From the NCBI GenBank assembly GCA_947649365.1, contig CANSRH010000004.1:19586-83585 (forward strand): a DNA stretch of 64,000 bases, written 5' to 3'. Shown here in pieces: positions 50,611 through 60,920 of this stretch. The notes under the pieces were generated by a model. The model was not told the origin of the DNA. It did no database searches and saw nothing but the letters and a program-made list of their open reading frames with translations. Numbering within the stretch: position 1 is the first letter of the stretch; the number at the start of each line of letters is the position of its first letter. The stretch is from an uncultured Mycoplasmatota bacterium (lineage in GTDB: Bacteria; Bacillota_I; Bacilli_A; RF39; UBA660). The position numbers and the translations under genes are program-made.

Positions 50611-51340
50611 AAGGAAAAAAATGAATTTAGAAGAAAATGAATACAAAGACAACTTTACAAAAGAAGGCGACAAAACAAACTTAAATATTAACAAACTTGA
50701 GGTAGATTGTATTACCTCCAACAAAAACAATTTTATTTTAGATGAAGAGGGAAACTTAAAAGTAAAATCCATTTCTCTAAACAATACAAACACAGAGATT
50801 GACCTTATTTATCCAATAGGTTCTATTTACATGAATGTTTCCAATGTAAACCCTACTACTTTATTTGGAGGAACATGGGAACGAATAGAAGATAGATTTT
50901 TACTAGCGAGTGGTAACAATTATTCAAATGGAACAACGGGTGGAAGTAATCAAGCCTCTGTTCAAATGGAATTATTTCATACGGGTGGAATTGCCTATAT
51001 GGATTATAGACAACAAAATTTTACCACTAATTATAAAAGTAATATTCGTATTTATAGCAACGGAGGTGCGCAACACTCTTTAGAAGAAAATCAAAATTAT
51101 GGAGTGGCTGTAACAAACACAAATAATACAAGCGAGCTGATGCCTCCTTATTTGGCAGTAAATATATGGAAACGTATTGGTTAGAAAGGAAAAAAATGAA
51201 TTTAGAAGAAAATGAATACAAAGACAACTTCACAAAAGAAGGCGAAAAATCAAACTTAAACATCAACAAACTTGAAGTAGATTGTATTACCTCCAACAAA
51301 CAAAACTTTAGTTTAGATGAAGAAGGAAACTTAAAAGTAA
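50611..51340 (+). repeat. 155-bp imperfect direct repeat (50611-50765 and 51186-51340) covering RBS and first ~48 codons of both tail-like genes
   Basis: Both begin AAGGAAAAAAATGAATTTAGAAGAAAATGAATACAAAGACAAC and end AACTTAAAAGTAA. Confidence 0.9.
50621..51184 (+). CDS. phage baseplate/tail-fibre (gp10 C-terminal/tail collar-like) protein A
   Basis: IYPIGSIYM..NP..LFGGTWERI.DRFLL..G...GGS...MPPYLAVNIWKR. Confidence 0.8.
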   Translation: MNLEENEYKDNFTKEGDKTNLNINKLEVDCITSNKNNFILDEEGNLKVKSISLNNTNTEIDLIYPIGSIYMNVSNVNPTTLFGGTWERIEDRFLLASGNNYSNGTTGGSNQASVQMELFHTGGIAYMDYRQQNFTTNYKSNIRIYSNGGAQHSLEENQNYGVAVTNTNNTSELMPPYLAVNIWKRIG

Positions 51341-51804
51341 CCTCCATTACAACCATTGATCCATTCATTGGAATGCTTTATCCCTTCGAAGCCATTTATC
51401 TTTCCATGAGTTCTGTTAATCCTAAAGAATACTTTGGTGGAAGTTGGGAACAAATCAAAGAAAGATTTCTATTTGGATGCGGAGAAAACTATCGAAATGG
51501 AACCTTAGGGGGAGAAAAAGAACATCGACTAAAACAACAAGAATGTGGAATAAGAGAACATACACATCAGTTACCATTATCAACAAAAAGTGGTGTAGGA
51601 AGCTATGATGATTTACCCTTTAGAGCTGTAGTAAATGGGAACCCAGATTTAAAATTTAGAACAGGAAGAATAACTGGAATTAGCGATTTTCCAAATGATT
51701 ATAATGCACCATTACTTGAAGGAAATAGCGATACAGACGCACTTTTACCCCACAACAACATGCCACCATATCTTGCTGTCTTTATATGGAAGAGGGTGGC
51801 CTAA
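51196..51804 (+). CDS. phage baseplate/tail-fibre (gp10 C-terminal/tail collar-like) protein B
   Basis: LYPFEAIYLS..NP..YFGGSWEQIKERFL, GGEKEH.L, EHTH, HNNMPPYLAVFIWKR. Confidence 0.8.
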   Translation: MNLEENEYKDNFTKEGEKSNLNINKLEVDCITSNKQNFSLDEEGNLKVTSITTIDPFIGMLYPFEAIYLSMSSVNPKEYFGGSWEQIKERFLFGCGENYRNGTLGGEKEHRLKQQECGIREHTHQLPLSTKSGVGSYDDLPFRAVVNGNPDLKFRTGRITGISDFPNDYNAPLLEGNSDTDALLPHNNMPPYLAVFIWKRVA

Positions 51805-54800
51805 TGCAAGAAATGGAAAAACTCAGAAAACCAAGAGAAAAACACTTCAAAAACGAAGATGGAACATTTACAATTTATGCCTATGATCATGACATTCATT
51901 ACTTAAAAAATGGGAAATACATAGAAAAAGACAATACGCTCCTAGAAAAAACAAATACGATTACCAACAAAGCAAATGATCTAAAAATAGAACTAGCTAA
52001 GAGAAAAACGCAAAAGTATCTTTTAAAAATAGAAAAACAGAAAGAGAAAATAGTGTTAGACATCAAAGAAAAAGAAATAAACAAAGAAATAAAGAAGAAT
52101 CAAATTATTTATAAAAATATCTTAAAAAATATCGATATAAACTACGATGTATTAGACAATGGAGTAAAAGATACCATTATCTTAAAAGAAAAAGAAAACG
52201 ATTTCCAAAAATTAATTTATACCATAAAAACAGACTTAGAAATATCTAAAAAAGAAAATACCATCGTACTAACAAAAAACAAGAAAACGATTTATACAAT
52301 AGCAACACCGACACTACAAGACAAAGAGGGGAACTTTTATCCTATTTCATATGATTTAAAAGACAAACAATTCACATTTACAATCGAAAAAGAAATATTA
52401 GAAAATGAAAAACTCTATCCATTAACGATTGATCCTACAATAGAAGCCAATGAAGACAATAGCATTTTTGATACTTACATTTATCCTGGGGACGAAAATG
52501 TAAATAGAAATAATCAAGACATCTTAAAAGTAGGAGTAGACCAAAACAATGTGGTCTATAGAACGCTTATGAAATTTAATTTGCCTAATATTGGAACCTC
52601 TAGTAATGTGGTCAATGCTAGCGTCTGTTTAACAAGTCACAAAAGCAATTACTATTTACCGAATGAAATGGAAATAAGTTTTAAAAAAGTAAATGTTCAC
52701 GAAATCAACACTTCATGGAATGAAGAAACTGCCAATTGGAATACGATGCATGACAAAATAAATGCCCGAATAGAAGATTATTTTGATCCTCAAAGAAGTT
52801 ACATAAAAGATGGAAATACCATTGTATTACAAAAAAACACCTTTAATATAACCAATCTTGTAAAAAAATGGTATGCAGGAAAAGAAAACAATGGAATTAT
52901 GCTAAAGTTTGGCGTAGAATCCTACATTCAAAGCGACAAAGAATATTGGTTTTATTCCAAAAACAATCATGCAACCACAGAAGATAAAATTGCCAACCCC
53001 AAACCTATTTTAATGATAACCTATCGTAACCAAAATGGTTTAGAAAACTATATGACTTACCAAACAATAGCACTGAATAGTAGTGAAATTTATACAAACA
53101 ACTTAACCGGAAATGTAACAGCATGTTTTGATATAAATAAAACCATTGGTGGTAAATTTCCACTACAATTGAACTTATTCTACAATACCAATGACATTGT
53201 ATTAGAAAATACATTTAATCTAAGCAAAGGATACAAGTGGAACTATTTAAAAACATTAAAAGAAGTAAATTTTGATAACGTTTGTTTAGAATTTTTAGAT
53301 AACGATGGAACACTTCACTATTTTAGAAATCAAGAGGGAAAAATAATTGACGAAGATGGTCTAGGACTAACAGCCACCAAAGAAGAAAATAAGTATATCC
53401 TAAAAGACAAAGACGGAAACCAAATGTTATTTACCTTACAAAATGGTTTGTATTTTCTAACCAAAATAATCAATACAGCCAAAGAAGAAATCAATATCAT
53501 TTATAATACAGAAGGAAAAATCACAAAACTTATAGATGCGAATAAAGAAGAAATCAATATAGTGTATGAAACAGATAAAATAATGGTGACAAGTAACTAT
53601 TTAACTACAAAAATAAATCTAGAAAAGGAACGCATTACTTCCCTTGAAAACAAGTATGGTAAAACAAGCATTTCTTATAACGAAAATCAAATTATAAATG
53701 CCATCACTGACACCAATGGAAAAAAAGTAAACTTCTCTTATTATCCAGTCATTCCTTATCGACTACAAAAAATAGAAGAAATAGGACTAGAGAATGAAAA
53801 AGGAACCTCTCTAGAATTTATCTATGAATTTAATGTGACAAGAGTAAAAGATAACAAAGGAAGAACAAATAGTTATACATTTAACAACTTAGGAAATACA
53901 ACAGGAATAACCAATTTAGAAAACAACAATTTAAATAATAGCTATGGTATATCCCAAGAATACTTTACAAATACCGAAGAACAACTGAATTTAAAAAACA
54001 AAATAAAACTAGAAACCACTCCCGTAAAATATACGAAAAACTATCTAGAAGATACCAGTTTTGAAAAAGGAACGTATGAAAATGCAACAACAGAACAAGC
54101 AAGAACAGGAAAACATAGTTTAAAAATAAATACAATCCAAGAAATATCTATACCTCAAAATTTAAAAGAAGGAAACTATACATTCAGTGCTTATTTCAAA
54201 ACGGATGAAACAGCAAAATGGAGTGTGTACCAATGGAATGAAAACCAGGAAGAAACTTTACTAGAAACCTCTGAAATTCTACCGAATGAAGAATTTACGA
54301 GATTTAGCATACCTATTTCTATTTCCTCAAAAACAGACAACTATAAAATCAAAATAGAAACAAACAACGAAAATAAACCTCTTTACATGGACGATATGCA
54401 ATTAGAAGAAGGAGAAGTAGCCAATTACTACAATCTAGTAAATAACTCGGATTTTTCAAAAGAAAAAAGCAAGTGGGATGAATCCTCTTACGAAACAAGA
54501 GAACCTGGAATAATTTCTATCAATAATTCTGGTCCTACCACATTAGAAAATGGAACAACTTGCTATAGACTAGACTCATATCCAAGAAGAGTATGTGAAG
54601 TAGACCAAACAATCATAATAAATGGAAAAGAAAAAGATACTTATTATTTATCTTTCTGGTACAAAAATGAAGGAACCTATTCAGAAGATGGTTATTCCTC
54701 AAAAAATAAAATAGAATTTTCCTTTGAAAAAAACGCCGCTGATCATTCAATAGAAAGAAAAACAAGTTCTTTCAATCTAAATCCAAATGAAAACGAATGG

Positions 54801-57800
54801 CAACTATTTCAAAAATCAATTATAGCAAAAGAAGAATATGATTGCATAAACATAAAGTTTTCATCCAATTATGATGTCAATGACTTATACATTACCAACG
54901 TCACCCTAACCAAAGATATAGAAAGTACTTCCTATACTTATGACGACAATGGAAACTTAATAACAACAAACAATAAAAATAATGGAATTTCTGAGTTTAA
55001 ATACGATAAAAACAACCAATTAACTAATCTTTTTGAACCAAAAGGAAACAGTTTCTATTTTGAATACGAAAATGCAATCCCAAACCAAGTGCGTCAAGGA
55101 ATTTCCGAAAAAGGAATTGCCAATAAAATAGAATATGATGAAAATAACAATCCAATAAAAACAAAAATACAAAATAACGATACAACGGATTTAGATGGAA
55201 GGTCTTTTTATATCCGTCCAAAATCTTCGAATCAATATATCATATTGAATACAGATGGACTATACGCAAGCTTAAAAGTTCCAACATGTTCTAAAGAAAG
55301 TTGGGATTTCAAAAAAGAAAGTGTAGATTTAGAAGACTATTCTATAAAAAATAGTGTGATTCCTATGTATTTAAGATATGATGGAACTCTTTCCAAAAAA
55401 GAAGGAGGAGATATCTTCCACATTATTAAAAATGATAACGGAAGTTATTCTTTAAGACATTCAGAAGGAGATTTGTGCTTAACTGCTGAATCAAATTATT
55501 TTGTTGCGACACCTTATGATAAAAATAATTTCAATCAACAATTCTATTTAGAACCAATCGAAGAAAAAGAATATATAGAAACCAGTGCCACTTATACTAG
55601 TGATGGAAAATTCACAAAAGCAACCACAGATGCTTTAGGAAAAGTAACAGAGTACACAATCAATCCAACAACAGGTCTAACAACTAGTATCACTGACCCA
55701 AATAATGTAACAACAAACTACACCTATAACACCAAAGACCAAATCACCAAAGTAGAAAAAGAAGAAAAAGAAACAAACTATACGTATAATGAACAAGACT
55801 TACTTTCAAAAATTACTTGTGAAAACAAAGAATATAATTTTACTTATGATAACTTCTTAAACACCAAAGAAGTAAAAATCAATAACCAAGTCTTAGTAAG
55901 TAACGAATATGAAGAAAACAATGGAAACTTAATTTCTTCTACCTATGGAAATAACTCGGTAGTAACCTATACCTATGACGAATTAGACCGATTAAAAACA
56001 CTAGAAAAAAATAACAAAATCTATCGTCATATCTATGACAACCAAAACCATCTTGCCAAAATAATAGAAGGAAACAAGAATTACAACTATTATTATGACT
56101 TAGCAGACAGACTAAGCAAATACGAAATCAATAACGATTTAGAAAATCAATTTACCATTAACTACGAATACGACCTCAATAACAACGTAACCAAAAAAAT
56201 CTATACCCACAAAGAAACCAAAGAACAAATAGAATACACCTATGACGAAGACGACTCTTTAATTCAAGTCGATTTTAACAATCATAACCTAAACTATATC
56301 TATGACTCCTTAGGAAGACTAAAAGAAAAGAATATAAACAATCAACTACCAGTAACCTATGAATACGAAAGAAATGGAAACAAAACCTCCCTTATTTTAA
56401 AAAGAATGACCATAGATAATATTATCTATGATTACAAATACGATAACCTATACAACATCACAGATATTTATAAAAACAAAGAACTCATAAATCATTACGA
56501 ATATGATACATTCAGCGAACTCATAAAAGAAGACAATTATTTATCAAATAAAACCATTACTTACACTTATGACAATTCTGGTAACATTCTAAAAAGAGAA
56601 GAATATGAAATCAACACAGATATCCTAATTCATGAAGACAACTTTGCATATACCAATACAAATTGGAAAGACCAATTAACCCAATACAACGATACTAATA
56701 TCACTTATGACGAAATAGGAAACCCAATTACCATAGGAGACAAAAACCTTTCATGGAACGCAAGAGAACTACAAAGCTATCAAGATAACATGTCTAAGAT
56801 AGAGTATTTTTATAACAAAGAAGGAATACGAACACAAAAAAGAGTAAATAATGTCGAAACAAACTATCTTTTGGAGAATTCTAACATAATAATGGAAGAA
56901 ACCAATGGAAATACGTTATACTATATGAGAACTGGTGAAAATGAATTAATAGGATTCACTTACAATCAAGAAACCTATTACTATCAAAAAAATTACCAGG
57001 GAGACATCATAGGAATCTATAACAAAGAGTATGAACTGATAGCAACTTATGAATACGATAGTTATGGAAAAGTACTAAGTATCAAAGATGCAAATGAGAA
57101 CCTAATCACAGACGAAAACCATATTGCAATTATTAACCCATTCAGATACAGAAGTTATTACTATGATACAGAAACAAAACTATACTATCTAAATAGCAGA
57201 TACTATAACCCAGAATGGGGAAGGTTCTTGAATGTTGACGATTATATTGGTACTAGTGAAACTTGTATAGGGTATAATCCGTATATATATTGTGAAAATA
57301 ACCCAATAATGAATATTGATATGTATGGTAACTGGGCAAGCGCTGCACTAGGTGGAGCAATTGGAACAGGATTAAGCAGTTTATTAGATACAAAACCTCC
57401 TATATCAGTTATAGGTGGTTCAACAATAGCAGTAGAAGAACATAAGAAAACAACAGCAAATAATATTAAAAATCCTACTTCTACTCAAATAAATAAATCA
57501 GAAAACGTAAATAAATTACCGACAGAAAGTGAGCCAAATAGTAAAAAAGAAGCGCCTAATGGAAATATAAGAGTTTATGGACCAAATGGTAAAGCATTAA
57601 AAGATATAGATTATTCACATCCAGGGCATCACCCTGAGTTAGGTAACCCACATGTTCATGATTGGGATTGGAATAAACCTGAAAAAGATAGAAGAGGCTT
57701 ACCTCGAAATCCATTCCCTAAAGAACTAGATAGTTTATTGAAAAAAACGGCTATAACAGCGGGAGGCGCATATCTCGTGTATCGTGCAGTTAGAATGGCA

Positions 57801-57857
57801 ATATCCTTTGCTCCAGGATTTTGGTGGACTATTCCAATAAATGCAGTAACACCGTGA
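51804..57857 (+). CDS. WapA-like RHS/YD-repeat polymorphic toxin (DNRLRE-like, CBM-like and ricin-B-like domains, RHS core, C-terminal toxin)
   Basis: TAATG coupling; LRKPREKHFKNEDGT..IHY; DTYI..W.E..ANW...NNGIMLK; YD repeats; NPFRYRSYYYD.ET.LYYLNSRYYNPEWGRF; tip with KDIDYSH..PHVHDW. Confidence 0.93.
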   Translation: MQEMEKLRKPREKHFKNEDGTFTIYAYDHDIHYLKNGKYIEKDNTLLEKTNTITNKANDLKIELAKRKTQKYLLKIEKQKEKIVLDIKEKEINKEIKKNQIIYKNILKNIDINYDVLDNGVKDTIILKEKENDFQKLIYTIKTDLEISKKENTIVLTKNKKTIYTIATPTLQDKEGNFYPISYDLKDKQFTFTIEKEILENEKLYPLTIDPTIEANEDNSIFDTYIYPGDENVNRNNQDILKVGVDQNNVVYRTLMKFNLPNIGTSSNVVNASVCLTSHKSNYYLPNEMEISFKKVNVHEINTSWNEETANWNTMHDKINARIEDYFDPQRSYIKDGNTIVLQKNTFNITNLVKKWYAGKENNGIMLKFGVESYIQSDKEYWFYSKNNHATTEDKIANPKPILMITYRNQNGLENYMTYQTIALNSSEIYTNNLTGNVTACFDINKTIGGKFPLQLNLFYNTNDIVLENTFNLSKGYKWNYLKTLKEVNFDNVCLEFLDNDGTLHYFRNQEGKIIDEDGLGLTATKEENKYILKDKDGNQMLFTLQNGLYFLTKIINTAKEEINIIYNTEGKITKLIDANKEEINIVYETDKIMVTSNYLTTKINLEKERITSLENKYGKTSISYNENQIINAITDTNGKKVNFSYYPVIPYRLQKIEEIGLENEKGTSLEFIYEFNVTRVKDNKGRTNSYTFNNLGNTTGITNLENNNLNNSYGISQEYFTNTEEQLNLKNKIKLETTPVKYTKNYLEDTSFEKGTYENATTEQARTGKHSLKINTIQEISIPQNLKEGNYTFSAYFKTDETAKWSVYQWNENQEETLLETSEILPNEEFTRFSIPISISSKTDNYKIKIETNNENKPLYMDDMQLEEGEVANYYNLVNNSDFSKEKSKWDESSYETREPGIISINNSGPTTLENGTTCYRLDSYPRRVCEVDQTIIINGKEKDTYYLSFWYKNEGTYSEDGYSSKNKIEFSFEKNAADHSIERKTSSFNLNPNENEWQLFQKSIIAKEEYDCINIKFSSNYDVNDLYITNVTLTKDIESTSYTYDDNGNLITTNNKNNGISEFKYDKNNQLTNLFEPKGNSFYFEYENAIPNQVRQGISEKGIANKIEYDENNNPIKTKIQNNDTTDLDGRSFYIRPKSSNQYIILNTDGLYASLKVPTCSKESWDFKKESVDLEDYSIKNSVIPMYLRYDGTLSKKEGGDIFHIIKNDNGSYSLRHSEGDLCLTAESNYFVATPYDKNNFNQQFYLEPIEEKEYIETSATYTSDGKFTKATTDALGKVTEYTINPTTGLTTSITDPNNVTTNYTYNTKDQITKVEKEEKETNYTYNEQDLLSKITCENKEYNFTYDNFLNTKEVKINNQVLVSNEYEENNGNLISSTYGNNSVVTYTYDELDRLKTLEKNNKIYRHIYDNQNHLAKIIEGNKNYNYYYDLADRLSKYEINNDLENQFTINYEYDLNNNVTKKIYTHKETKEQIEYTYDEDDSLIQVDFNNHNLNYIYDSLGRLKEKNINNQLPVTYEYERNGNKTSLILKRMTIDNIIYDYKYDNLYNITDIYKNKELINHYEYDTFSELIKEDNYLSNKTITYTYDNSGNILKREEYEINTDILIHEDNFAYTNTNWKDQLTQYNDTNITYDEIGNPITIGDKNLSWNARELQSYQDNMSKIEYFYNKEGIRTQKRVNNVETNYLLENSNIIMEETNGNTLYYMRTGENELIGFTYNQETYYYQKNYQGDIIGIYNKEYELIATYEYDSYGKVLSIKDANENLITDENHIAIINPFRYRSYYYDTETKLYYLNSRYYNPEWGRFLNVDDYIGTSETCIGYNPYIYCENNPIMNIDMYGNWASAALGGAIGTGLSSLLDTKPPISVIGGSTIAVEEHKKTTANNIKNPTSTQINKSENVNKLPTESEPNSKKEAPNGNIRVYGPNGKALKDIDYSHPGHHPELGNPHVHDWDWNKPEKDRRGLPRNPFPKELDSLLKKTAITAGGAYLVYRAVRMAISFAPGFWWTIPINAVTP

Positions 57858-57870
57858 AAGGAAAAATTAT

Positions 57871-58260
57871 ATGTTTACTTATAAGTTAAAAATAAAAAAA
57901 GATTATGATCAATATCTAAATAAATTCTTTGAGAAAATAAATGATAAAGATTTTATATGGGATTTAGAATATGTAGAAGTTTATGATTCGGATTTTAAAA
58001 ATATTTTTAATGAAAAAATAATTAAAAATAAAGACTTTCAAGAAATTATTTCTAAAAATAAACCACACTTTATTATTCATTTGCATATTTGCTTATATGA
58101 AAATGAAATAAGTTTAAAAAATAAAAAATGGATCTTAGAACTAAAAATAGACGATTCAGAATATGTTACTATAATGGTGGCAGATGACGATATTGATGAA
58201 ATAATAAAAGAAAATATAAGAAATATAGAAAAAGAAAGCCAAAAAGAAGCAAAAAAATAA
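57871..58260 (+). CDS. cognate immunity protein (DUF2691-like)
   Basis: Immediately after the toxin tip, RBS AAAGGA; LELKIDDSEYVTI motif. Confidence 0.7.
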   Translation: MFTYKLKIKKDYDQYLNKFFEKINDKDFIWDLEYVEVYDSDFKNIFNEKIIKNKDFQEIISKNKPHFIIHLHICLYENEISLKNKKWILELKIDDSEYVTIMVADDDIDEIIKENIRNIEKESQKEAKK

Positions 58261-58300
58261 TGCTTCTTTTTGCATTCCATGGTATACTCAAATTGTAAAT
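58241..58300 (+). repeat. inter-cassette spacer copy 1 (terminator hairpin + TGnTATACT)
   Basis: AAAAAGAAGCA-n9-TGCTTCTTTTT...TGGTATACT..TGTAAAT; other copies near 59925-59990, 61503-61555 and 61920-61955. Confidence 0.85.
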
Positions 58301-58323
58301 GATAAAACATTTATAACTCATGA

Positions 58324-59163
58324 GACATCATAGGAATATACAACAAAGAGTATGACCTGATAGCAATTTATGAATACGATAGTTATGGAAAAGTATCAAG
58401 CATCAAAGATGCAAATGGAAATCATATCACAGACGAAAACCATATAGCAAACAGAAATCCATTCCGGTATAGAAGTTATTACTATGACTCTGAAACAAAA
58501 CTATACTATCTAAATAGTAGATACTACAACCCAGAATGGGGAAGATTCTTAAATGCAGATGGTATCATTGGAACTAGTGAAAGTCATTTAGGTTATAACC
58601 TCTATACTTATTGTGAAAACAATCCAATTATTTATAAAGATATAGAAGGTAATTTTTTAGGAGTAGCAATTGGAGCAACACTTGCAGTCGGAATACTTGC
58701 TGTAGGAGCACTTGCTTATTATGGTACAAAGGCACTTCAACCAGTAGTTGGTCCTATAACAAATGCTATAGAAAATGTTAAAGAGAGAAATAAAGAATGG
58801 AAAAAAGAAAGCGCCAAAGCATATGAAAATGCACGTACTAAAGTAACCACTGCAAGTATAGAAAATTACAAAAAGAGTCAAATGCCATGTACAACAGCGG
58901 AGATAGTACATGGAGATGTAGAACGAGGAAATAGACTAACAATACAGCAAACATATCAATATGTCGAATTAGGTGGGAATGTAATGTGTGATAATGATTT
59001 TTATGCAAGGCAAGTTGCTACAATGTTCCCAGAATATGTTGGACCAGAAATAGATAATCCATCCCATTGGAAAATCGGAAATAAATATTATTATCATTAC
59101 CACAAAGATGACCATGAAACAAAAAATCATATATGGTTTCTAGGTATACCATGGGATTATTAA
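58324..59163 (+). pseudogene. orphan RHS core + toxin tip cassette 1 (no start codon for the core)
   Basis: Open frame DIIGIYNKEY...NSRYYNPEWGRF...DIEG, in frame with ORF 58882..59163 ending YYYHYH...HIWF. Confidence 0.88.
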
Positions 59164-59182
59164 TCTCTAGAAAAGAGGAAAA

Positions 59183-59920
59183 ATGCAAATCAAAAGTATG
59201 AATAAAGAAGCATACCATAAATTTATAGATTATGTTTCACAAAAATGCAACATTGTGCAATTAAAAAAATATGCTAATAAACATTCTCAAAGCCATATTA
59301 GAGTTATAGGAGTTATATTAAAATCAAAACCTGAAGAATTAGAAATCACTTATAATAAAAAATGCCTAGAGAAATTATACACTTTATATCAAAATAATCC
59401 TATTATTTTTAACCACGGATACGTAGAACGATATGAAAAAAATAGATTTAAATTAAGTCAATCAGTGTTTGAAAAAATGATAGATCATAATAGAAAAGCA
59501 ACAATTAATGCAAGCGTAGCAAATTACATAAATAGTATTTTAACAACTGATTTTTTAATTCAAAATTACAAAAGTTTAATTTGGATGGAAGAAGATATTA
59601 ATAAAAAAGAAGACAATAATAATTCCTATTATTATTTTAAATTAGACTCTAGTTTGAAAGTAGAAATGCAAAAATTAGATACTATTTTTGAATGGCAATA
59701 TCCAGAAACACTAGAAGATATAACTTTTTTCAAAAAAGATGGATTATGTTGGATGTGGTCAGTTTCTCATGAAGAAGTTTATGAAATATGTTTTCGAGAA
59801 AATGATAAAGAAGAATATGAATACTTAAAATCTATTGGAATAGAGTTTGTGGAAAAAGAATTTACAGCTACACCAAAAAATTATTTACATTATTTAGACG
59901 AATACATAACAAATAATTAA
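59183..59920 (+). CDS. putative immunity protein for cassette 1
   Basis: Position, RBS GAGGA; WQYPETLEDITFF..DG..W..SVSHEE. Confidence 0.7.
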   Translation: MQIKSMNKEAYHKFIDYVSQKCNIVQLKKYANKHSQSHIRVIGVILKSKPEELEITYNKKCLEKLYTLYQNNPIIFNHGYVERYEKNRFKLSQSVFEKMIDHNRKATINASVANYINSILTTDFLIQNYKSLIWMEEDINKKEDNNNSYYYFKLDSSLKVEMQKLDTIFEWQYPETLEDITFFKKDGLCWMWSVSHEEVYEICFRENDKEEYEYLKSIGIEFVEKEFTATPKNYLHYLDEYITNN

Positions 59921-59989
59921 CTATAGAAAGAAGCAAAAAAATAAATAATGCTTCTTTTCTTTTTTGTGATATACTTGAAATGTAAATGA

Positions 59990-60907
59990 TTAATCACTTA
60001 CAATCAAGAAACCTATTACTATCAAAAAAATTACCAGGGAGATATTATAGGAATATACAACAAAGAGTATAAACTGATAGCAACTTATGAATACGATAGT
60101 TATGGAAAAGTACTAAGTATCAAAGACAATACAGGAGCATTTATAACAGATAGTAACCATATTGCAATTATTAACCCATTCAGATACAGAAGTTATTACT
60201 ACGATTTTGAAACAAAACTATACTATCTAAATAGTAGATACTACAACCCAGAATGGGGAAGGTTCTTGAATGCAGATGGTATCATTGGAACTAGTGAAAG
60301 TCATTTAGGTTATAACCTCTATACTTATTGTGAAAACAATCCGATTATTTATAAAGATATAGAAGGTAATTTTTTAGGAGCAATAGGTACAGCGATAGCA
60401 AATGTTGGCAAAAAAATAATACAAGCCGTAACAACTGTTGCAAGTTCAGCAATAGGTATGGTATTAAATATGCCAGTATCAGCAAGTATGCTAAATAAAT
60501 CAATGAATAATCCAAATAACAAAATCAATAGTATCACTGAAAAAAAATTAATTACAAAAGTGAAAAAGTCTTCTGAAATGAAAAATGAAATTAATAGTTG
60601 TGTGTCTAAGAATAAAAATAATAAAACTTTTACATGTATGGGAAATATTGAATTTAATAACGATTTAGATTTGAAATATTCTGTACATGGTGCAAATTAT
60701 ATTATTCAAGGTGCTACTAATGAAAACACAAATATTATAGACATGCAAATAAAAGTTTATGATATTTATGATTTTGGAGAAGGTGAATATCCACCTCATT
60801 CTTTAACAGAAGCAGCAAACTTTTTTGGAACAACATATGAAAACAATAAATTATTAACACCCTATTATTGGGATATAAATTACGAAGTTACTGTTTTTAA
60901 ACCATAA
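59990..60907 (+). pseudogene. orphan RHS core + toxin tip cassette 2
   Basis: Open frame from 59990 (TYNQETYYYQKNYQGDIIG...) nearly identical to 56956 onward of the main gene; different C-terminus (VHG..YDIYDF). Confidence 0.88.
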
Positions 60908-60920
60908 TTATTTTCTATGA

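Noticed and set aside
50611-51340. Diversity-generating retroelement or shufflon acting on the fibre genes
   Set aside because: No reverse transcriptase or recombinase in the window; repeats are direct, N-terminal, and differences are not adenine-specific
49770-51804. Prophage
   Set aside because: No integrase, terminase, capsid, tail tube, tape measure or holin; only lysin-like and fibre-like genes tied to the RHS gene
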